DNA from: Alphaproteobacteria bacterium
GTDB taxonomy: Bacteria > Pseudomonadota > Alphaproteobacteria > Rs-D84
Assembly (NCBI GenBank): GCA_013316395.1
Contig: WSMU01000001.1
Coordinates: 2,393 to 66,392, forward strand
DNA length: 64,000 bases
Reading direction: 5' to 3'
Each line of letters begins with the position of its first letter. Within the stretch, counting starts at the first letter, position 1. Below the pieces are notes generated by a model. It did no database searches, had not been told where the DNA came from, and saw nothing but the letters and a program-made list of their open reading frames with translations. Below, piece after piece: positions 58,023 to 64,000 of the stretch. Position numbers and translations under genes: made by a program.

Positions 58023-59218
58023 TTACCGTCCGATTTGCTGTCTTTTGTGTCGCCGCCGCTGATTACGATGCCACCGATTTTTTTCGCTGTTTGTGCAATC
58101 GCGGATGTCAGTTTCATTGCATCGTTTGCCAACTGTTCGCTAAGTTCGGTTTCCGTGCTGACTTCAAATGCCCCCAGAATCATTTTTGTAACCTGGGGTA
58201 TTTGGTCGTATATATAGTTTAGAACATACACCAGAACAATTGCCCCCCCCAGGGTCATCTGCGCCAGGTTATCCTGGCTAAGGTCTGATGCAAATACTTC
58301 GCCGTTTGTAATCAGCGTCATTAAATCCGCCGCTGATTCGCCCGGGGTTGAAAAGAACTTTGCGATAATTACCATTATAACGGTATATGTAATCACCGCC
58401 GCCGCCAGGCCGATAATGGCACCGATGACTTTTTTAAACTGTTCCGCGCCGACGTTTTTCCCCAGTGATGACAGCCACTTTGGCCCGTCTGCGCCCTTGA
58501 ATGCGACCAGTGTCAGCGACAGCGGAAACAAAAACGCAAAAAATGTCATGGCGACAATGATGTCGGCAAAGTAAAAACAGAAACGCACAAAGAGCTTAAA
58601 GAAGCCATAGAAAAGATAAAGCCCGATAGCAAATAGTATTATATGCTTTATAACCGCGCCAACCCCCAGCAGGGCGGACCATGAAAACGCGTTGTCCATT
58701 ATGGCGATGCCCAGCTTCATGTATGCCTGGAACTGTGTAATGGTTGTCTTCATAATATTGATGACAGTATCGCGCAGTTCGGGACGATAGAAGCCGTCAT
58801 CAGACATTGGCATCGGCTGGTAGGTAACACGTTCTGCGACGGTTTCTTCGTCTATTTGCAGCATGTTTTGCGTATATGCGGCGGTTATCTGGGCGACGGG
58901 TTCAAACGTTATTGTTGTAACAAACCGGGGCAGCATTACCCCCAGCGACAGAAATGCAAACGCCACCAGTGAATTGATTATAACCGGCTGAATAGATTTG
59001 GCATAAAACGGGTCGGTGCCGCCGCCTTTGATGTTTTTCCATACGGCGCTTATGGCAAAAAACGCAAACAGAACACAAAACAGCACCGCGCAAAACAAAA
59101 CGAATTTATCATAGACCGATGCGGCGGCGGCGGATATTACCTGGAACAGTCTGTCAAAGACAGGGCAGCCCCAGCACTGCACGCTATCTTCGATTAAAGG
59201 GTTTATCCATTGGTTCAT
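58019..59218 (-). CDS. Polytopic membrane protein, VirB6/TrbL-like (paralogue 2)
   Basis: CWGCPVFDRLF motif after the first hydrophobic segment; multiple TM helices; hydrophilic K/D/S-rich tail. Confidence 0.45.
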   Translation of the reverse strand: MNQWINPLIEDSVQCWGCPVFDRLFQVISAAAASVYDKFVLFCAVLFCVLFAFFAISAVWKNIKGGGTDPFYAKSIQPVIINSLVAFAFLSLGVMLPRFVTTITFEPVAQITAAYTQNMLQIDEETVAERVTYQPMPMSDDGFYRPELRDTVINIMKTTITQFQAYMKLGIAIMDNAFSWSALLGVGAVIKHIILFAIGLYLFYGFFKLFVRFCFYFADIIVAMTFFAFLFPLSLTLVAFKGADGPKWLSSLGKNVGAEQFKKVIGAIIGLAAAVITYTVIMVIIAKFFSTPGESAADLMTLITNGEVFASDLSQDNLAQMTLGGAIVLVYVLNYIYDQIPQVTKMILGAFEVSTETELSEQLANDAMKLTSAIAQTAKKIGGIVISGGDTKDSKSDGK

Positions 59219-60507
59219 TATTTTTTCTTTATCCAGCCGGCGGCCTTGCCGATTGATTTACCCCAGTTCTTTGCACCGGCCCATGTCTTTTTCGCATCGC
59301 CCGTCACACGGTTATATAGCGCATCAGACGCCGGTGCATACATCTTTAGCCGTTCGCGTGTTAAATCAAAAATCCGCAGCATCAGATAGAATGTCAAGAT
59401 AGCGGACATCCACATTACCGAGTGGCCGCCAAAGCCCATGTCGGTATTTGCCACGGTTGGGATGTTTGATGCCGCGCTGCCGCCGGCGGCGACAACAAAT
59501 ACCGAAGAGTTCCAGTTAAACAGCGCGCGCACGATTGCAACGTTAATGGTTAATATGAACGCGCATGCAATCATTGTTATAATTAGCGTCTGTAGCGCCT
59601 TGGTTATGCCGGAGAATGCGGGCCATATATCGAACCACTTGTCGGGATTCTTTGGCTTTGCGACCCAGGTCAGAACCTGAAACGGGTAGAGAATCAGTGC
59701 CATTCCGAATTCAAAAATCGCCTGAATAATCAGCAGCGCCATAAACAGGTTACAGCCGACGAATGTGGTTACCAGCAATATTCCAGATATTACGTTCATA
59801 AAGTCTTCGCCGCCGTGCGGTATCAGTGTAATCAGCCCGCGCAGTCCGCGATGAATAAATTCAAAGCCGCGTTTTATCATTTGGTTGTTTGTGTGGCTGA
59901 TGTCGGCAACAGGCTGGGTCAGGAATTCGCAACTGCGTTCTGATATCCAGCCGTGTTCAAGTATGTCGGGCGGGCAGGGAACCTGAGGGGCGGCGGATGC
60001 AACGATGCCGCCTGTATTTATTCCATCCGTAATGGCGCGGGTGTAAATTGCGCCGAATTCCAGAAACGGGTTAACCAGCCATTCTGTTACATATACCGGC
60101 TTTAACTGAAGCAGTACAACCGCGGCGATAATGGCGCGCATGCCGGGTTTTAGCATGTTTTGTGCGATTGTCATTGCATCGGCCTTTCCGGTAGCCATTT
60201 CCCCGCCGCCGGAAAATCCAAAGAACGACACCCACTTGGCCGGAAAGTACATTTTCACCAGGTATAGCGCCATTGATATTCCCAGGAACAGCCATACCAG
60301 CATGTATATAATACCGTTGCCGCGGCCGACAAAAAATTCATAGCCGCCGGTTGCAACCGTCATAAATGCGTCAAGTACCATTGGCACGAACGGTGCCAGG
60401 TTAAAGCTGTCCACGATGCCCCACGCGGCATGTGCAGACATTGGCGCAAACATGACGCATAATGCGGCCAGGGCGGGTAAAAATTTTTTAATCAGATGCA
60501 TAGACAT
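59218..60507 (-). CDS. Polytopic membrane protein, VirB6/TrbL-like (paralogue 1)
   Basis: Signal peptide (AAWG), multiple TM helices, Lys-rich tail. Its start codon overlaps the next gene's stop. Confidence 0.45.
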   Translation of the reverse strand: MSMHLIKKFLPALAALCVMFAPMSAHAAWGIVDSFNLAPFVPMVLDAFMTVATGGYEFFVGRGNGIIYMLVWLFLGISMALYLVKMYFPAKWVSFFGFSGGGEMATGKADAMTIAQNMLKPGMRAIIAAVVLLQLKPVYVTEWLVNPFLEFGAIYTRAITDGINTGGIVASAAPQVPCPPDILEHGWISERSCEFLTQPVADISHTNNQMIKRGFEFIHRGLRGLITLIPHGGEDFMNVISGILLVTTFVGCNLFMALLIIQAIFEFGMALILYPFQVLTWVAKPKNPDKWFDIWPAFSGITKALQTLIITMIACAFILTINVAIVRALFNWNSSVFVVAAGGSAASNIPTVANTDMGFGGHSVMWMSAILTFYLMLRIFDLTRERLKMYAPASDALYNRVTGDAKKTWAGAKNWGKSIGKAAGWIKKK

Positions 60508-60564
60508 ATATTTATTGTTTTCAATTATATCACATTTGGGGGAAAATGTGATATAGTTAAAGCA

Positions 60565-61860
60565 ATGGGGCGCCTAAAAAAATTTTGGATAGTGTTTTTG
60601 TCTTTCCTGCCGCTGTCGGCGGGTGCGGTGGCGCCGTTTGTTGTTGGTGGCATCGCGGGTGCGGTGGGAATTGTGGGCTTTTCCATATTTCGTACGGCCG
60701 CGCCGGTTAATATGTCGGATGCGCTTACGTTTTTCAGCAGTTGCTGGACATGCGACATGTTCGGCAGTGTTATGTCCACGATGTCTATATTATTGCCAAA
60801 GGCGTTTCATGCAATCGCGGGTGTGGTAATACCTTTTGCGGCGGTTTTAACAGCGGTTTGGTTTGCGTGGAAAATTTTTTCAGGATTTTTAAATGCCAAG
60901 ATTGACGACCCCTGGTCGATTACAGGCCTGTTTGGTACGCATCTTATAAAGCTTTGCTTTGTATGCGCGCTGCTGGCATTGCCGTTGCCGCGGTTGATAT
61001 CTCAAATCGCGATAGAGCCGATATTTACAGTTGGTCTGTCGGTAAATCATATTGCGGCGGATATGGCGGGTGAAAACAAATTTAACGAATGTGTTGTTGC
61101 GACCGCGCTGGCCGATGCCACGATTACCGATTCGCAGGCCGCCGATGCGGGCGCGTTTTCGCCAAATCTGCGTCATAATTTGGCGTGCGAGGTTGGAAAT
61201 GTTCACCAGATGACAGGTCTGGGGATGACGGTGGGTTGGACCATGATGAATATGGCCTTTAACGCCCAGTACATGCACAAGATTATGTGGGATGTTCCTA
61301 TTTTTCCAAATGTTCCGATATTCTTTTGCGGTTTGATGATAATAGTGCTGTTCTTTTTCGCACTGCTGCCGATTCCGATTTATTTCCTGGAGATATTTAT
61401 AAAGCTGTCGATGGATTTAATCATGCTGCCGCTGATGCTGCTGGGGTGGTTGTTTAAGGGCTGGCCGATATTCCCCCAGGGTGGGCGCACAATAAAAAGC
61501 ATGATAGATGATGTAGTCCAGGGTACAGTCGGTATCGCGATGACGGGTGTGTTTTTAACATTTGCGATAATGTTTTTAAATGCGGTATTTGGCAGTTGGA
61601 GTGGGGCGACGCGATTGGCGGCGGCGCTGCGTGAAAACGATTCGACGCTGCTGATGGATGGTCTGCTGATGCGTAACGACAGTATTGTTACAATAATCCT
61701 TATGGGAATTTTTATCGCGATGTTCATGACAATGATACCTGCACTGGTTAAGACGCTGTTTAATGTCCAGATATCGGATAAATATTACGAATCGACGAAA
61801 AAGAATTTAAATATAATGTGGGGAAATATGAAAAAATGGTACGCCGCGTTAAAAAAATAA
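60565..61860 (+). CDS. Polytopic membrane protein, VirB6/TrbL-like (paralogue 5, opposite strand)
   Basis: Signal peptide MGRLKKFWIVFLSFLPLSAGA, CWTCDMF motif, multiple TM helices, K-rich tail. Divergent from the other four. Confidence 0.45.
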   Translation: MGRLKKFWIVFLSFLPLSAGAVAPFVVGGIAGAVGIVGFSIFRTAAPVNMSDALTFFSSCWTCDMFGSVMSTMSILLPKAFHAIAGVVIPFAAVLTAVWFAWKIFSGFLNAKIDDPWSITGLFGTHLIKLCFVCALLALPLPRLISQIAIEPIFTVGLSVNHIAADMAGENKFNECVVATALADATITDSQAADAGAFSPNLRHNLACEVGNVHQMTGLGMTVGWTMMNMAFNAQYMHKIMWDVPIFPNVPIFFCGLMIIVLFFFALLPIPIYFLEIFIKLSMDLIMLPLMLLGWLFKGWPIFPQGGRTIKSMIDDVVQGTVGIAMTGVFLTFAIMFLNAVFGSWSGATRLAAALRENDSTLLMDGLLMRNDSIVTIILMGIFIAMFMTMIPALVKTLFNVQISDKYYESTKKNLNIMWGNMKKWYAALKK

Positions 61861-61928
61861 AAAATCAAGTGCTTTATTTAATGCCGGCCCCTTTTTTGAA
61901 TATTCCGAATCTGATATAATTCATACCG

Positions 61929-62438
61929 ATGAAAAAGTTTCCGATTCTTTACTGGCCCCGAAACACAAAGGGTGACGAAGAATATCGCCTGGCGCGTAAG
62001 GTGATTAGCAATGCGACCGGCGTTATGCCCCGGCTGTGGGCCGAAGACCTGGATTTGGGTCGTATATTTTCGGAAAATCCGGATGCGGCGGTTTATTATC
62101 CCGTATTTTGTGAAAGCACGGGCTGGTGGGGCGAGCTGCTGGGGGGTGATGCGGTTGTTACGGACAAGGTTATTATTTCCCCGGAATGTCAGCTAATGGT
62201 GATAGAGGCCGCGCATCATGCACGCAGTCGCGGCGGGACGCAGCTGCTGGCGGCAGAGATATATCCGGCCAGCGGCTTTTTCAAGAAGATGAACAGCGGC
62301 ATCGCCACGGTGGCGGACATGCTGGCGACGGATACGGGAACAATACTGGCACTGTTTTCAGGGAAAAGTTCCGCGTCATTTATAAATGTATTGGAATCGA
62401 CGGGTAATTCGTATCTGGGGTGCATTGGGCGATACTAG
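61929..62438 (+). CDS. Hypothetical protein
   Basis: 169-aa ORF with no confident family assignment. Confidence 0.4.
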   Translation: MKKFPILYWPRNTKGDEEYRLARKVISNATGVMPRLWAEDLDLGRIFSENPDAAVYYPVFCESTGWWGELLGGDAVVTDKVIISPECQLMVIEAAHHARSRGGTQLLAAEIYPASGFFKKMNSGIATVADMLATDTGTILALFSGKSSASFINVLESTGNSYLGCIGRY

Positions 62439-62505
62439 AATATCGCTTGATTTCTGTAAAAATCCTTGTATAATCTGCACGCTAAAAATATAAAAGGGTA
62501 TTGCT

Positions 62506-62718
62506 ATGAAAAAAGGTATTCATCCCGCGTATCATGAAATCAACGTCACAATGACGGACGGGAAGACTGTAAAAATGTATTCTTCGGTTAAGAAAGATTT
62601 GATTCTGTCGACCGATAATTTGAACCATTCCGCCTGGACCGGCCAGCGCAGCAACGCCGGCGACAAGGGTCAGCGTGCCAGCCAGTTCAAGAGCAAGTTC
62701 GCAGGCTTTAAGTTTTAA
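62506..62718 (+). CDS. rpmE: 50S ribosomal protein L31 (non-zinc-ribbon type)
   Basis: MKKGIHPAYHEI... N-terminus and 70-aa length typical of L31. The zinc-binding CxxC pairs are absent. Confidence 0.8.
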   Translation: MKKGIHPAYHEINVTMTDGKTVKMYSSVKKDLILSTDNLNHSAWTGQRSNAGDKGQRASQFKSKFAGFKF

Positions 62719-62748
62719 TAATTATTGCGGGGCGGGGGCGCATATACT

Positions 62749-63456
62749 ATGGATTTGCTGTTAAAAGGTTCCACTGAGTTAAATAAGATGTTTGCCGCGC
62801 TGCAACGTACGGCGGACGGTTTGCGCCGTGATTTCGGTGAGGTGGAAAATCTGCAGCAGTCACTGCGTGGTGCGCGCGATTTTGTGGCCAAGGCGGCCGC
62901 CCGCATAGAAGAGAGCATTCTGTCAGACCTGTTGCTGGTTCGGCCGGCGGCGGGGCTGCTGACGCCGAACGTCAGCCGTGATGGCGACGGTCGCGATGAA
63001 TTTGTTTTGGCTATATCCGGTGCGGCAAACTTTGTGCGTGCCAATCCGCGTTTTGCGATTTCGTTGGCGTTGCGCTCTAATGACGAAACGAAGATTGCAC
63101 TGATTTATTCCCCGATTGACGAAAGGCTGTATTATGCGGAGGCCGGCAATGGCGCATATATGTTTTCCGCGTTCCATTCCGCCAGAATAAAGGTATCTAA
63201 TCTGGCCGACCCGGCGGATTTGACAATCGCATATAATACGTCTGATATTCGTGCGCCGCGCTGCGCTAATCCCCGGCGGACGGGTTGTCCGGCAATGGAT
63301 TTGGCGTGGGTTGCCGCGGGCAAGTTTGATGCGTTTGTGTCCGATGCGCTGGATTGGGCCGAAATTGCGGCGGGCGACCTGATTATACGCGAGGCCGCGG
63401 GTCATATCGAAATGGGCGCCGATTTAATCGCAACAAACGGAAAGGTTGCGCTGTAA
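62749..63456 (+). CDS. Inositol-monophosphatase family protein (SuhB-like)
   Basis: C-terminal WDxAAG motif (AWVAAGKFDAFVSDALDWAEIAAGDLII). Start MDLLLKG chosen. Confidence 0.7.
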   Translation: MDLLLKGSTELNKMFAALQRTADGLRRDFGEVENLQQSLRGARDFVAKAAARIEESILSDLLLVRPAAGLLTPNVSRDGDGRDEFVLAISGAANFVRANPRFAISLALRSNDETKIALIYSPIDERLYYAEAGNGAYMFSAFHSARIKVSNLADPADLTIAYNTSDIRAPRCANPRRTGCPAMDLAWVAAGKFDAFVSDALDWAEIAAGDLIIREAAGHIEMGADLIATNGKVAL

Positions 63457-63484
63457 CGCGCCGCCGGTGATATAAAAAATAAAA

Positions 63485-63509
63485 CCCCCGCGTTTCGCGG
63501 GGGTTTTTT
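63485..63509 (+). terminator. Rho-independent terminator
   Basis: CCCCCGCG-TTT-CGCGGGGG followed by TTTTTT. Confidence 0.75.
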
Positions 63510-63893
63510 CGCGCAATTTATATTCGTGATTGTTAGAAGGTCGTGGTGGGCGGCAATGAATAATGAGAAGGCGCACATACATCATATGCAAAGGGCCGCC
63601 CACTATAAAAAGGAAAAGACCACTTAAGAAATAAGCGGTCGGGGTGTTTACAAATCAACAAGTAAGTGACCCTGTTGGCCTTCGGCGAACCTTATAACCA
63701 ACAGCACCCCGACCACGATGTCAAGGCGTAACGGTGCAAATATGCGCCGCACTAATATATTGTTATCGATGCAATTCGCACCGTACTTGTTGGGCTTGTA
63801 ACGGCCCCGAACCCAAATTCCCATCCGGATTCGGTTATTATTATGTATCACCCGGCGCCGAAATACAAGAATATATTCGTGATGGATATTTGT

Positions 63894-63921
63894 TGACAAA
63901 TGGGTGGGTTGGGGTAAACTA
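63894..63921 (+). promoter_or_regulatory. Sigma70-like promoter upstream of fabD
   Basis: TTGACA, 16-nt spacer, TAAACT. Confidence 0.45.
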
Positions 63922-63930
63922 GTGTCCATT

Positions 63931-64000
63931 ATGAAAGAACGCAGTGTATTTGTTTTCCCAGGCCAGGGCGCACAGTATGTGGGCATGGGCGCGGGTTTAT
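63931..64000 (+). CDS. fabD: Malonyl-CoA:ACP transacylase, N-terminal 23 codons (runs off the window)
   Basis: The translation MKERSVFVFPGQGAQYVGMGAG matches the FabD N-terminus (FPGQGSQ motif). Confidence 0.7.
   Translation, partial: MKERSVFVFPGQGAQYVGMGAGL

Noticed and set aside
60525-60779. 84-aa minus-strand ORF upstream of the fifth VirB6-like gene
   Set aside because: It is antisense to the signal-peptide region of the plus-strand gene, and its composition follows the hydrophobic coding strand.
63508-63872. 12-nt direct repeat TATATTCGTGAT flanking about 350 bp, as a possible MITE or insertion with a target-site duplication
   Set aside because: No terminal inverted repeats sit inside the direct repeats. 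A single 12-mer recurrence within 400 bp is within chance expectation for a 64-kb window.
63509-63930. RNase P RNA or SRP RNA identity for the structured intergenic region
   Set aside because: Only weak, short resemblances were seen (GTGCGG...GCACC, ATAAGGT, CTGTTGGTT). The universal P4 motifs (GGAAAGTCCGG / ACAGAA-CCGGCTTA) could not be placed. It is kept only as an unassigned ncRNA candidate pending Rfam.
63648-63986. 112-aa minus-strand ORF
   Set aside because: It overlaps the fabD start codon and promoter and sits in the structured intergenic region. It has no RBS or coding-like composition.
1-64000. CRISPR arrays, IS elements or transposases, integrases other than xerD, phage structural genes, rRNA genes
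   Set aside because: No repeat-spacer periodicity, no transposase- or integrase-like ORFs apart from the XerD-type recombinase, and no rRNA-like conserved blocks were found on either strand.

Overview
This 64 kb window reads as a gene-dense chromosomal segment of an alphaproteobacterium, probably a host-associated or reduced-genome lineage. That placement is inference from gene content: alphaproteobacterial-style AddB, a fragmented dcw cluster and five tandem VirB6/TrbL-like paralogues, with roughly 50% GC by eye. No IS elements, phage genes, CRISPR arrays or rRNA genes are visible. Most of it is housekeeping, in this order:
- aspS (3' part), an AsmA-family protein, uvrB, tsaE
- an in-frame FtsA-Rpe fused ORF preceded by ftsQ
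- lipoproteins, then a Lol-type ABC transporter (LolC/E permease plus lolD)
- a small tRNA locus (tRNA-Gly-UCC and tRNA-Tyr-GUA) with its own promoter and terminator
- an LpoA-like lipoprotein divergent from rsmI, then engB, an AddB-like nuclease, an MFS transporter, recA
- a six-gene polysaccharide glycosyltransferase island
- typA, serS, trxB, a J-domain protein, xerD, an LptF/G permease, greA, mutL, yajC-secD-secF
- an S41-peptidase homologue that appears to lack its catalytic dyad, a PAP2 phosphatase, ftsK
- two beta-barrel outer-membrane proteins and an 809-aa secreted Cys-rich protein
- a DnaQ-like exonuclease divergent from uvrD
- five paralogous polytopic membrane proteins, rpmE, an IMPase-family protein and the start of fabD.
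The accessory-looking content worth a second look is: (i) the VirB6/TrbL-like paralogue array with a shared N-terminal CxxC motif; (ii) a family of secreted Cys-rich or repeat proteins (13271-14656, 34884-35369, 50001-52430, the last with an EGF-like C-terminus); (iii) a duplicated tRNA-Tyr 3' end about 160 bp downstream of the tRNA (att-like remnant); (iv) the FtsA-Rpe fusion; (v) the inactive-looking S41 peptidase; (vi) a structured about 400-nt intergenic region upstream of fabD; (vii) a 19-bp perfect palindrome in the recA promoter. Coordinates and family calls come from reading the six-frame translations and the DNA by eye. No database searches were run.
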